A stretch of DNA of 64,000 nucleotides from Verrucomicrobiota bacterium (GTDB taxonomy: Bacteria > Verrucomicrobiota > Verrucomicrobiia > Limisphaerales > CANJSG01). Positions 39,101 to 47,897 of the stretch are shown here, in pieces (the first letter of the stretch is position 1; every line of letters begins with the position of its first letter). The notes beneath the pieces are model-generated. The model had not been told where the DNA came from. It saw nothing but the letters and a program-made list of their open reading frames with translations, and did no database searches. Position numbers and translations under genes: made by a program. The stretch is from the NCBI GenBank assembly GCA_038209745.1, contig JBBQXJ010000001.1:64001-128000 (forward strand), in the 5' to 3' direction.

Positions 39101-39726
39101 ATGAGAAGGGCGTCGTGCCCGGCGCCGTCGCCACGCCGGCGGACTTCAACAAGATCCGCGGGGAGCTCGCCGACAAGCTCCGCCGCGAGCCCACCGAGGA
39201 CGACGTCTATTCCTATCTGATGTATCCGCAGGTGTTCCTCGACTTCACCAAGCACCAGCGCTCGTTCAGCAACGTCAGCGTCCTGCCGACCCAGGCCTTC
39301 TTCTACGGGCTGCGGATCGGCGAGGAGATCACCGTCGGGATCGAGGAAGGCAAGCGGCTGATCATCCGCCTGGTCAGCGTGAGCGAGCCGGACAAGGACG
39401 CCCGTCGCACCATCAGCTACGAGCTGAACGGCATGGGCCGCGAAGCCTTCATCTCCGACAAGAAGGTGTCCCCGCAGACCAAGACCCGGCCCAAGGCCGA
39501 TCTGGCCGATCCGCTCCAGGTGCCCGCTCCGATCCCCGGACTGGTCGCCAGCCTCACCGTCACCGTCGGTCAGAAGATCGCCAAGGGCGACAAGCTGCTG
39601 ATGATGGAAGCGATGAAGATGCAGACCACCGTCACCTCGCCCATCGACGGCGTCGTGGCCGAAGTCCTCGCAGTCGTCGGCGACACCGTGGAGGCGAAGG
39701 ACCTGCTGATGAGGCTGCGGGCGTGA
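36118..39726 (+). CDS. pyc: Pyruvate carboxylase
   Basis: ANRSEIAIR, HPGYGFLSE, GGGGRGMR, RDCSVQRRHQK, DTTFRDAHQSL, EMWGGATFD, HFHTHD, EAMKM biotin site. Confidence 0.98.
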   Translation: MPNRHAAAPSPSPRQFKKLMAANRSEIAIRIFRASTELGLRTVAVYAQEDRFCIHRFKADESYLVGQGKGPVAAYLDIASIVAIAKEKGVDAIHPGYGFLSENPAFARACAEAGIAFVGPRPELLDMMGDKTAARAVAQRIGVPVLNGTDDPISDRDLALKAAKSIGFPLIIKAAFGGGGRGMRVVKKESELSQLLDEAQSEAGQAFGNPAVFLEKYIPRAKHIEVQILGDQHGNIIHLHERDCSVQRRHQKVVEVAPSFGLPENIIKELCDAAARIAREIRYDNAGTIEFLYDLDKHEWFFIEMNPRIQVEHTVTEVITGIDLVRSQILIAQGHSLTSRELALPGQNEIPRNGYAIQCRITTEDPENKFTPDYGKILAYRSPGGFGIRLDGGMGYSGSVITPFYDSMLVKMIASGRSYDITMDRMDRALREFRIRGVKTNIPFLENVIRHPEFQSGQATTTLIDTTPELFKFKGRKDRATKLLNFLGNVIVNGNPHAKGYKPAKALELPTPPKSAVARTPSSVGAKSRQAGSPAALATGGGAGATRPVVPKGTRDLLLELGPKKFAEWTLKQKRLLVTDTTFRDAHQSLMATRVRSYDMIACADALAHRLGDAKTGLFSLEMWGGATFDSAMRFLSEDPWERLRLLREKIPNICFQMLFRGSNAVGYSNYPDNVVAGFVKHAAASGMDIFRIFDSLNYLPNLRVAMDAVQGTHAVCEAAICYTGDILDEKRDKFSLKYYVKLAKELEKMGAHFLAIKDMAGLCRPFAAKKLVKTLREEIGLPIHFHTHDTSGVQASSILNASDAGVDVVDLAISSMSGSTSQPNLNSIASALQSTPRDTKLDADTLAEFADYWERVREIYAPFDTAPKTGSAEVYLHEMPGGQYTILKEQASSMGVSHRWPEIARTYADVNQLFGDIVKVTPSSKVVGDMALFLFSKGIKASDVVNLEPGSTPFPESVIDMLSGGLGWPDGGWPADIQKVVLGEKRFAEAKKNYEKGVVPGAVATPADFNKIRGELADKLRREPTEDDVYSYLMYPQVFLDFTKHQRSFSNVSVLPTQAFFYGLRIGEEITVGIEEGKRLIIRLVSVSEPDKDARRTISYELNGMGREAFISDKKVSPQTKTRPKADLADPLQVPAPIPGLVASLTVTVGQKIAKGDKLLMMEAMKMQTTVTSPIDGVVAEVLAVVGDTVEAKDLLMRLRA
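37665..37755. repeat. REPIN-like element (REP-hairpin-REP) translated in-frame inside pyc
   Basis: AGTGGCACGGACGCCCTCGTCTGTGG, central CGGCAGGCG-GGGT-CGCCTGCCG, and reverse-complement AGTGGCGCCGGCGCCCCCGCCGGTGG. Confidence 0.7.
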
Positions 39727-39737
39727 GCCACAGCCCC

Positions 39738-39809
39738 GTGACTGCCGACGTGGGGAGGTGGAAGTCTCCTGTAGGCTGGGCCGATCCGCCTCGGCACCTC
39801 GGCGGCTAC
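39738..39809. repeat. Inverted REP-like doublet between convergent pyc and amidase
   Basis: GTGACTGCCGACGTGGGGAGGTGGA versus minus GTAGCCGCCGAGGTGCCGAGGCGGA; the amidase TAG lies in the GTAG. Confidence 0.55.
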
Positions 39810-41521
39810 TTGGCTTCTCCCAGTCGGCTCAAGTCCGGTCGTTGCCGGTGCCAAGCGGTCGCATTCTGATAAACGGCCGCCGCTTCCAGGGCTTCGGCTT
39901 CGCCGAACAGTTTTCCCAGGAAGCAGAAACTCGCCTGGGCGTCTCCTGTCTTGTCGCCGTTGGGCACCACCACGCAGGGATGGCCGGTCATGTTGGCGTA
40001 GAGCAGCGAGTTTCCGACCCAGGTGGGGACGACCAGCACGTCCAGTTCCGCGAACAGCGCGTCCATCTCGGCCATGAGACGCGTGCGAAGCCGGTTGGCC
40101 TGGAGATAGTCCACGGCGGAGACGAAGCGGGCGCTGCGGAAGATGTTGGGCCAACTGTCGTCGGACTGCTGCACGAGCTGGTCGTCGAGGCTGCTGCGGG
40201 TCAGTTCGTCGAAGGCCGCCGCCGATTCGGCGTCGAGGATGAGATAGAGAGGCTCCTTGGGAATCCGCTGCATCGTGACGGGCCGGAGCTGTGCGCCGAG
40301 CGAGCGCAGCACCGCCAACGCCGCCAGATCGTTGGTGCGGTTGCCATGGTCGCGCTCGAACTCCTCCTGGAGCACGCCAATGCGCAGATCCTTCAACGAT
40401 CGTCCCGAGACGTAGTGGAACGGCGCTTCGATGGCCGAAAGATCCTTCCCGTCCGCGCCGCGAATCGCGTTGAGCACGAGGGTGCAATCTTCGGCGCTGC
40501 GAGCCAACGGGCCCAGCTTGTCCATCGACCAGCTGAGGGTCATCGCGCCGGTCCGACTGACGCGACCGAAGGTCGGCCGAAGTCCGGTGACCCCGCACAC
40601 GGTGGACGGAGAAACGATGGAACCCAGGGTTTCAGAACCGATGGCGAACGGCACCAGCCCGGCCGCGACAGCCGCCGCGGAACCGGCGGACGATCCGCTG
40701 GAGCCCGTGTCCGGCTTCCACGGATTCCGGGTCAATCCGCCGAACCAAACGTCGCCCATCGCCAGTTCGCCCATGCTGAGCTTCGCCACCAGCACCGCAC
40801 CTGCTTCGCCGAGCTTCCGGATCACGGTCGCATCGGCGTCGAAGACCTGGTTGGTAAACGGAGGCGCACCCCAGGTGGTCCGAATGCCTTTGGTGGAGAG
40901 AAGATCCTTCGCGCCGTAAGGAATGCCGTGGAGCGGTCCGCGCCAATGTCCCGCCGCCAAGTCGGTGTCGGCGCGGCGTGCTTCCTCCAAGGCCCGCTCT
41001 TCCGTCAGCGTCACCACACAGTGAAGGGGCGGGCCGTAGCGCTTCAACCGGCCGAGGCAGAAGCGGGTGAGCTCTTCCGACGTTAACTGCTTCGACCGGA
41101 TAAGCACCGAGAGCTCGGCGACCGAATAATACGCGAGATCATCATGCCGGGCTGGAAGACGCACCTCGCCCGGTGGGCTCCACTGGATGCCGTCGGGCCC
41201 GGTCGGCATCTTGAACCCCGGCGGCCTAGGATCGAAGACCAACGCCGGAGCCAGACTGTTGGGAAACGACTGCGCGTGGAGGATCGCCAGCGTCTCCAAG
41301 CGCCGGTTCACATTGGCGGTGGCCTGGGCCGCCTCGGCCAGAGTGAATTCAAGATCCAGCAGACGGGCGGCCACGGCGACCTCATTGGAACCAACCGGCG
41401 AAGGTGTCTCCGCCGGTCGCGCCACGGTCGCTGCCAGGAGACAGACGGTCAGACAGAGGGCCCAAGCCGATCGGTTAGCGGCCCATCGGGAACGGCAGAC
41501 ACGCGGCGACGAAATTCGCAT
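39806..41521 (-). CDS. Amidase-signature family protein, secreted
   Basis: GPLHGIPYGAKDL, GSSGSSAGSAAAVA, IGSETLGSIVSP, GLRPTFGRVS; signal peptide. Confidence 0.92.
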   Translation of the reverse strand: MRISSPRVCRSRWAANRSAWALCLTVCLLAATVARPAETPSPVGSNEVAVAARLLDLEFTLAEAAQATANVNRRLETLAILHAQSFPNSLAPALVFDPRPPGFKMPTGPDGIQWSPPGEVRLPARHDDLAYYSVAELSVLIRSKQLTSEELTRFCLGRLKRYGPPLHCVVTLTEERALEEARRADTDLAAGHWRGPLHGIPYGAKDLLSTKGIRTTWGAPPFTNQVFDADATVIRKLGEAGAVLVAKLSMGELAMGDVWFGGLTRNPWKPDTGSSGSSAGSAAAVAAGLVPFAIGSETLGSIVSPSTVCGVTGLRPTFGRVSRTGAMTLSWSMDKLGPLARSAEDCTLVLNAIRGADGKDLSAIEAPFHYVSGRSLKDLRIGVLQEEFERDHGNRTNDLAALAVLRSLGAQLRPVTMQRIPKEPLYLILDAESAAAFDELTRSSLDDQLVQQSDDSWPNIFRSARFVSAVDYLQANRLRTRLMAEMDALFAELDVLVVPTWVGNSLLYANMTGHPCVVVPNGDKTGDAQASFCFLGKLFGEAEALEAAAVYQNATAWHRQRPDLSRLGEAK

Positions 41522-41542
41522 AGATGGATTTTCTCTTCGGGT

Positions 41543-41815
41543 TCACGCATTGCCGCTTCCGAGCGGCACGACGGACTGAACACGCAAGGCCGTCGTCCAG
41601 CAATCGACGATTGGATGGCGCGGCCGATGTTCCCGGTTCGCCCGCCCATGCACGGGCCGGGCTTTGCCCGCTTCCTCCAGGCCAAACCGCTTGATCGCCG
41701 CGATGGTGGTGATCGGAGCGTCGTCCGATCTGGCAGCCGACGACAGCGCGAGCACCAGCAGGGCGGCGGCTCCGGACCGGCGCCGAAAGAGGATCTTTGT
41801 CGACCCGTGCTTCAT
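41543..41815 (-). pseudogene. Probable N-terminal remnant of a secreted sensor/histidine-kinase-type protein
   Basis: Signal peptide plus ITTIAAIKRFGLEEAGKARPVH, then unrelated sequence and a stop. Confidence 0.35.
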
Positions 41816-41883
41816 GGTTCCTGTGAGCCAGAGGAAAGCGCCATCCAGGATCATCGATCCGAGTTCCAGGTCGGCCTTGTCGA

Positions 41884-44800
41884 TCAAAACCGCGCGACGA
41901 TGGTTGCATCGCCGAGGTCGCCCGGCAGTTCGATCCATTCGCCTTTGAACTCGGTCCACGGCTTGCCGTTCACCATGACCGACTGGATGGACCGTTCGCG
42001 CGGCTCGCGGACACGCACCCTGATTCGCGTCGGCGGGTTTCGCCGTGGGCCTTCGAGACGCGCGGTGATTTCATTCTCACCCCCGCTGTAGATCACGCTC
42101 ATCGGACCGAAATAGGTGGCGGCGCGTTCGATGCCGCACCTCTGTCCCTGCGCCAACCAGCCGCGCGGCACGGCCTGGCCGATGAGCAGGGTGTCGTCTT
42201 CCTCGCGCACGAAGAGATAGCGGAGCCATCCGGCCACGTTCGCCTCGTCGCTGCTCTTGAAGATGTCGCCCTTCCAGTCGCCCATCTCGGGCAAGGCGTG
42301 CTCGGTGTTCATCCGCACGTCGGGGAAATGGCTCACGGCCTCGGCGTTGAAGAGGGCGCGGAGGGCCTGTTTCACGTCGTCGCGATGGAGATACGGTTCG
42401 ACGTCGAGCAGCAGGCACGCCTGCATGGACATGCCGCCGCGTCCGAACCAATTGCGCTCGAAGTCGTCGAGCACATAGCCGTATTGATTCGAGAGATAGA
42501 GGTTGTCCTCGTAGTCGTTCAAAATCCAGGTCGCAAGCTCGGAGCGCGGGGCGATGGCGCCGGTGATGAGCAGGTGCATCGGCCCTTCGAGGGTCTGGCA
42601 GATCCAGCCGAAGCTGCGGCCCCGACGGTGGACCTGCGACGGGATTTGCGGCACGGCCGTGCCGTCGCGCAGCCGCACCACGGGCGAACGCTCCATCGCC
42701 CTGGTGAAATTGGCGATCAGCGCCCGATGGTAGTCGTCCGCCGCCCGGCGGATGCGGCCGGCGTCCGGATGGTGGACCTGTTCCAGCGCCCAGGCGGCGC
42801 TGTCCAGCCCGCGCCACGTGTAGCAGCTCGTGGAAAGCCAGGTCCACCAGTCGCCGATGTCTTCGAGGCTGCCGGCCGGGAGGAGGCCTCGCTCCAGTTC
42901 CGGTCGATCCTTGGTCCGTGCTGTTTCGCGGATGATCCAGTCGCACGCCTTGACGATTCCGGGTGCCGCGCCGCGCAGCCACGGTTCGTCCCGGGTGAAG
43001 CGGTAGTGCTCCGCCATCATCCAGAGAATCCATCCGTGGTGCTGGTTGTAGCCGCCCGCCTCGTACCCGCCCGCGCCGTAGAGCACGCCGTCACGGGAGG
43101 CGAAGGAGCCGGGCAGTTCCACGGTGCCCTGATAGTGGAGCCAAGCGTCCAGGCACTCCCGCGCTTCCCGGTGGTAGCCGCGTCGGTCGAGATCCACGAC
43201 CATCATGCACGACTCGTTGCCGTAGACCCCGTAGACGAAGGAGCCGACCCGCGCGAACCGACGGTCGCTGCCCGGCTCGCGTTCGCAGTTCACCAGCAGA
43301 TGCATCGCGTGCGAACGGTAGAACTCGTTGAGCATCGGCTCCGGCGTGACGAGGACGGAGCTCTCGTCCATCCGCCTTCGCCAGTAGCCCGCCACCGCCG
43401 TCCGCTCCGTGTCGAAGTCGAGCCGCTTCAAGGCGGCGCGCTCGGCCGGCTCGGTGAGGACCAGGTAGGGGATCTTCAGAACCATCGTCTTGGCTTGTCC
43501 CGGAATCAGCGTGACCACGATCCGGCCCGGATCGGAGGCCCACTCGCCGGGCGTCCCGGACACGATCAACCCGCGGAAGTTGTCTCCGTTCCAGACAACT
43601 CCGTCGGGGTCCACGCGCACGACCGGCCTGAGTTCGCCGGCCTCGAGTTTCAACGGGAGCGTGACAGTCCGGGGCTCGGACGTCGTGTTCGTGAAGGTGA
43701 AGCGGGCCATGAAGACGACGGTCGAATCGGCTGGTGGCACGGGCCCGACGGCTTGGGTGCCCTCCAGCGGGGTGACGAAGGCGGTCTGGTCGATTCGCAC
43801 GCCGGGCTGGTCCCAGGTGGTTTCGCAGACGGGCAGGCTTTCCTCTTCCAGGTTCCGATGCGATGGCTCGTAGGACAGGCCGAACCGCAGGGCCATGTCG
43901 GGCTTTTCCAAGGCGAGACGCGGTGTGTCCTTGCCGGGACGGGCCGCCAAGTAGGAGTCGTTCGCCCGGAAATCGACACTGCCGTCCGCGCGGAGACGAA
44001 ACCGCTGCCGACCTCCGTCGAGACCGAGCGGGAAGCTGATCCGTGACTTCTTGGGAGGCATCCCGTCCCAGGCCTTGCGCCAAGTCTGCTCGGGCAATTC
44101 GGCGACGCGGTCGTAGAGGGTCTTTTGGCCGCGCGACCTGGTTTCGGTCGCGACCGCCGCGTAGTCGCGCTGATCGCCGCCGGGCAGGACGACGACGCCG
44201 AGGTGCGGCAGCAAAAGCGGGCCTCCCTTCAGATCGTCCATCGCGAAGGTGAAGACATCCCTGTCCCGGCTGATCGTCACCAGCGTCCGGTCGAAGGTGT
44301 TCGGGTCCGGATTCACGGCCGTCTCGACGAGGTAGCGGCCACCCAGAGGCCGGATCGATTCGGCCCGGACGACGCGCCCGTTGAACACCGCGTCGACGCG
44401 CGCCTGCGCCGGCTTCTCCCAGGCGAGCTGGAAGGACCGTTCCTGCAAAGTCGAATCCGTGAACGCGCTTATCGCGGACGGAGGAGCGGCCGGACCGTCG
44501 ACCGCGACGCGGAGTTTGAGCGTGTAGCGAAAACGAGCGGCGTAGTCCTTGAGCTGGGGGAATTCCTTCGCGTTGACCGGCCGGAAGGTGAAGACGATCG
44601 CATGGCCCTCGATCTGCGCGTCGGTGTCCGCTGCCCGCCAGCCGTCCTTATACCAGTTGCCGAGCTCCATCCAGCCGACGTCGCCGCCGCCGGGCTCGCG
44701 GTCCTTCGGCAACCGCTGCTCGGGCCAGCGGCTGCCCCAGTATTCGAGTCGGACGTGGTCAGGCGAGGGTGGCGTGTCGGTGAACCCGACGACCACCCGA

Positions 44801-44946
44801 TGAATTTCGCGAGGGTCCTCCCACATCACTCCGTTGCCATCGGGCAGCGGCAGACCAAAGGGCGCGACGTCCAGTTGAGCCGCTCTGGTGGAAACGGCGA
44901 GAAGCAGACCCAGAAGAACACCGCGCAACCGGAGCATGGGGAGCAT
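41884..44946 (-). CDS. Large secreted protein with a probable (alpha/alpha)6 glycoside hydrolase-like domain
   Basis: Signal peptide; YGVYGNE, GWILWMMAEHYRFTRD..WL, KACDWI, GLLPAG, IGQAVPRGWL, AATYFG. Confidence 0.7.
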   Translation of the reverse strand: MLPMLRLRGVLLGLLLAVSTRAAQLDVAPFGLPLPDGNGVMWEDPREIHRVVVGFTDTPPSPDHVRLEYWGSRWPEQRLPKDREPGGGDVGWMELGNWYKDGWRAADTDAQIEGHAIVFTFRPVNAKEFPQLKDYAARFRYTLKLRVAVDGPAAPPSAISAFTDSTLQERSFQLAWEKPAQARVDAVFNGRVVRAESIRPLGGRYLVETAVNPDPNTFDRTLVTISRDRDVFTFAMDDLKGGPLLLPHLGVVVLPGGDQRDYAAVATETRSRGQKTLYDRVAELPEQTWRKAWDGMPPKKSRISFPLGLDGGRQRFRLRADGSVDFRANDSYLAARPGKDTPRLALEKPDMALRFGLSYEPSHRNLEEESLPVCETTWDQPGVRIDQTAFVTPLEGTQAVGPVPPADSTVVFMARFTFTNTTSEPRTVTLPLKLEAGELRPVVRVDPDGVVWNGDNFRGLIVSGTPGEWASDPGRIVVTLIPGQAKTMVLKIPYLVLTEPAERAALKRLDFDTERTAVAGYWRRRMDESSVLVTPEPMLNEFYRSHAMHLLVNCEREPGSDRRFARVGSFVYGVYGNESCMMVVDLDRRGYHREARECLDAWLHYQGTVELPGSFASRDGVLYGAGGYEAGGYNQHHGWILWMMAEHYRFTRDEPWLRGAAPGIVKACDWIIRETARTKDRPELERGLLPAGSLEDIGDWWTWLSTSCYTWRGLDSAAWALEQVHHPDAGRIRRAADDYHRALIANFTRAMERSPVVRLRDGTAVPQIPSQVHRRGRSFGWICQTLEGPMHLLITGAIAPRSELATWILNDYEDNLYLSNQYGYVLDDFERNWFGRGGMSMQACLLLDVEPYLHRDDVKQALRALFNAEAVSHFPDVRMNTEHALPEMGDWKGDIFKSSDEANVAGWLRYLFVREEDDTLLIGQAVPRGWLAQGQRCGIERAATYFGPMSVIYSGGENEITARLEGPRRNPPTRIRVRVREPRERSIQSVMVNGKPWTEFKGEWIELPGDLGDATIVARF

Positions 44947-45002
44947 ACGGACGGAAGCGTGCGTTCATCGCCGCTGTCCTTCCAGTCGCAAATCGGCCCC
45001 CG

Positions 45003-46652
45003 CTAGAACCGGCGGAGCATCGCGTAGGCGAGGTTCCGCCGGATGTGCTGGCGGTTCTCGGCGTCGTAGTAGTCCGCAGGATTGAAGTCGTCCGTCATCA
45101 CGATCCCGTGGGTCGGGTCGGCCTCGAAGATGCCGTTCAGCACTTCGCTCATCTGACCGCGAAGGTCCGGATGGACCCGGCTGAGTTCGACCTGCCTCTT
45201 CGGACTCAACGGCGAGGGCGAGGCGACGAAGAACATGTTTCCGTTGCCCGATTCGTGGAGCCGCACGTCCGCGAAGACCGCACGAAGCGTCTTCTGCAGC
45301 GACGCGGCGAAGAAGTCCTTCCCCGGGGTGCGATCGCCGAAACAGTTGATCACGAGAACGCCCTGCTCGTGCATGACCGCGCGCACGGCGGTGAACGCTT
45401 CGCGGGTCATCAGGTGCGACGGGGAGGAGTCGCCCAGAAACGCGTCGAGGATGACGGCGTCGTAGCGGTTTGTGTTGCCGTTGAGGACCTGGCGGCCGTC
45501 GCCGATGACGAGGTTCAGCCTGGAGACATCGAGGTCGAAGAACTTCTGGGCGACCGGGACGACGGCGGGATTGATCTCCACGACGTCCACCCGGAGACCT
45601 TCGGCGGCGAAGCGACCGGGAACGATGCCGACGCCCATGCCGATGCAGAGCACGGAATCCAGCCGCGCGGTGTAGGCGATCGCCAGATCGTGCAGCGCGT
45701 AGGTGAAGAGCGAAAGGCTCTGCTTGGACGAGGGCTCGTAGGTGTTCTGCATCAGGTAGTCGTTCAGGTAGTAGCGGTGCCCGTCGCGCGACTCGATGAC
45801 CTGTAGACGCCCGAAGTTCGAGTTGCCCCGGAACAGCTCCCGGTGGTTCGCGAACTCCGGCTGGTTCGATTGGACCCCGGCCACGACACCGAGCAGCGCG
45901 ATGGCGACGGTCGCGACACCGGCGCGTTTGGCCGAGCGGCTCCACACGGCAAAGAACACGAGGGCCAACAAAGCGAGAACTCCGGCCGTGGCCAGCATCG
46001 TCACGGAATTCGGCGACAAGGGGATCAGCACATAGCCGATGGCGGCGGTGCCGACCAGGCTGCCCACCGTGCTGACGGCGGACAACCGGCCGACGCTGCC
46101 GCCCACGTTCTTGAGATGGCTCGTGATGAAGCGGACGAGGAAGGGCCCCGTCATCGCGAGCAGGACCAGCGGGACGAAGTAAAGGAAGGCCGCCGCCGCC
46201 AACGAACCGACCGCCAACGAGAACCCTAGACAGACCGTGGCCACGGCCCGCAGCCCGAGCACGCCCAGACAGAGATAGCCGGCCGCCGCGAGCATCCCGC
46301 CGAAGAGCCGGCCGAGATTTCCGGTGGCATCGGCCCAACGCCCGCCGATGTAATAGCCCAGCGCCAGCGACGCCATGACCACGCCGATCTGCGCGGTCCA
46401 CACGAAGTGCGACGTCCCAAAAAACGGGGCCAACATCTTCGCCCCGAGGATCTCGATGACCATGATGGCGGCACCGTTGAACGCGGCGGTGAGGAAGATG
46501 AATCTCCGGAGACCGGGAGAGAGACTGTCGGCGGTTTGCACGGGGCCGGACGATAGCGCGGCGTCGGGGGGCGGCAATGGAGGATTCCATCTACGTGCGG
46601 TTCCGCGCAGCTGGCGTTGGGCCGAATTTTCAAATCCTCCCGAGCTGGTCAA
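45003..46652 (-). CDS. Fused MFS-like membrane / spermidine synthase-like SAM-binding protein
   Basis: EILGAKMLAPFFGTS..VWT, STVGSLVGT, LCIGMGVG, VVEINP, GDGR, ILDAF; start either TTG 46652 (overlaps fabZ-like stop) or GTG 46541. Confidence 0.85.
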   Translation of the reverse strand: MTSSGGFENSAQRQLRGTARRWNPPLPPPDAALSSGPVQTADSLSPGLRRFIFLTAAFNGAAIMVIEILGAKMLAPFFGTSHFVWTAQIGVVMASLALGYYIGGRWADATGNLGRLFGGMLAAAGYLCLGVLGLRAVATVCLGFSLAVGSLAAAAFLYFVPLVLLAMTGPFLVRFITSHLKNVGGSVGRLSAVSTVGSLVGTAAIGYVLIPLSPNSVTMLATAGVLALLALVFFAVWSRSAKRAGVATVAIALLGVVAGVQSNQPEFANHRELFRGNSNFGRLQVIESRDGHRYYLNDYLMQNTYEPSSKQSLSLFTYALHDLAIAYTARLDSVLCIGMGVGIVPGRFAAEGLRVDVVEINPAVVPVAQKFFDLDVSRLNLVIGDGRQVLNGNTNRYDAVILDAFLGDSSPSHLMTREAFTAVRAVMHEQGVLVINCFGDRTPGKDFFAASLQKTLRAVFADVRLHESGNGNMFFVASPSPLSPKRQVELSRVHPDLRGQMSEVLNGIFEADPTHGIVMTDDFNPADYYDAENRQHIRRNLAYAMLRRF

Positions 46653-47107
46653 CCGATCGGAGGCGAAGTTGCGGCCGCTTCACCCGAGAGCGTGAGCGTC
46701 GCCTCGAGGATGGCTTTCCCCTCCACCCGGATGTCGGCGGTGGCTTGGATCAGCCCGCCCATCCTGCCTTCGACGCGGGCCTCCACTTCGATCACTTGCC
46801 CGGGGCGGGCGCTGCCGAGGATCTTCACTTGGCGAAGCGCGGTGAGTTTGAGGGCGGCGAGTGGCGGGATCGTGGGATCGCTCTGGGCCACGACTCCGGC
46901 CAGCTGGGCGGCGGCTTCGATCAGGAGCACTCCGGGCATCAGAGGATTTCCGGGGAAATGCCCGCTCAAGAAAGGTTCGTTTCCCCGCAGTCGATATTCG
47001 CCGCGACCGGAGCGGCCTGGATCGAGCGCGGTCAGGCGGTCGATGAAGCGGAACGCGGGCCCGTGCGGCAGGGCGGCGAGGGCGAGGCTCAGGGACGTTT
47101 CTTCCAC
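46649..47107 (-). CDS. FabA/FabZ-like 3-hydroxyacyl-ACP dehydratase
   Basis: LPHGPAFRFIDR, FLSGHFPGNPLMPGVLLIEAAAQ. Confidence 0.88.
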   Translation of the reverse strand: MEETSLSLALAALPHGPAFRFIDRLTALDPGRSGRGEYRLRGNEPFLSGHFPGNPLMPGVLLIEAAAQLAGVVAQSDPTIPPLAALKLTALRQVKILGSARPGQVIEVEARVEGRMGGLIQATADIRVEGKAILEATLTLSGEAAATSPPIG

Positions 47108-47889
47108 GGTTCGGTGATCTTGTATTCGCCGGCGTCGGGAGCGGCGAAGGTGGATGGCGTGATCTCCGGATTGACCCGCACGTTGCGGAAATCATTCCGG
47201 AGCACGGAGCCGTCGGCCAGCGTCAGCTCGGTCGCCACGAGGTTCTTCGTCTCGATCGAAAAGACCACGCCGACGGACGGGATCATCTCCCGGGCGGCCG
47301 GTTGGCGCGGGATCAGGTCCAGCTGGTAGAGGTCGTTCGTGCGGGTGAAGGCGCGGAGCTCATACTGCGCCCGGAACGTCGTGGCATCGCGGGGGAAGCC
47401 GCTTTCGAGCAGCGCCATGGCGTCGCGCCACGGTCCGGTGGCGCTGCCGTCGAGCGGGAAATGTTCGGCGCGCTTGAGCTTCGGCGACAGGAGCCACATG
47501 TCCGGACCGTTGCGGATGGCGACCGTGCGGGCGGGTTGGCCGAGTTCCCAACGGAACTTGTCCGGCGCACTGAACCAAATCTTGCCCTCCGCCTTGAGCG
47601 GCTCGGCCAACGCCTTGAGATGGCGCGTCTGGGTGAGGTCGGCGGTCCAGGTCTTGAGCTCCTTCTGCGACTCCAGCCAAGACTTGAGGAGGGCGTTGGT
47701 GTCGGCCGCGTAGGCGCTGGACCCAAAAAGCCAGGCGAAGAGAAGCAGCCACCGATGGACCCGGATGGACCCGGATGGACAAGGTGAAAGCCGGAAGCCG
47801 GTGGCGGCGGATCCGTCCCACGACGCCGAAGGACCGACCTGTCTACGGAAGCCATCCGCAGAATTCCATCCGGGTTGATCTGTGTTCAT
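47089..47889 (-). CDS. LolA-like outer-membrane lipoprotein carrier
   Basis: WTADLTQTRHLKALAEPL..EGKIWFSAPDKFRWE, LTLADGS..RNDF.NVRVN; ATGA overlap with MMPL gene. Confidence 0.8.
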   Translation of the reverse strand: MNTDQPGWNSADGFRRQVGPSASWDGSAATGFRLSPCPSGSIRVHRWLLLFAWLFGSSAYAADTNALLKSWLESQKELKTWTADLTQTRHLKALAEPLKAEGKIWFSAPDKFRWELGQPARTVAIRNGPDMWLLSPKLKRAEHFPLDGSATGPWRDAMALLESGFPRDATTFRAQYELRAFTRTNDLYQLDLIPRQPAAREMIPSVGVVFSIETKNLVATELTLADGSVLRNDFRNVRVNPEITPSTFAAPDAGEYKITEPWKKRP

Positions 47890-47897
47890 CTGTGGTT
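47750..47897. repeat. Decamer-repeat palindromic element spanning the MMPL stop and lolA start
   Basis: CCGATGGAC CCGGATGGAC CCGGATGGAC facing CATCCGGGTT GATCTGTGTT CATCTGTGGTT. Confidence 0.65.

Noticed and set aside
36049..39255. 1068-aa minus-strand ORF (and similar long antisense ORFs at 27232-29781, 33274-35781, 47775-50477, 51244-53589)
   Set aside because: Shadows of well-supported genes on the opposite strand
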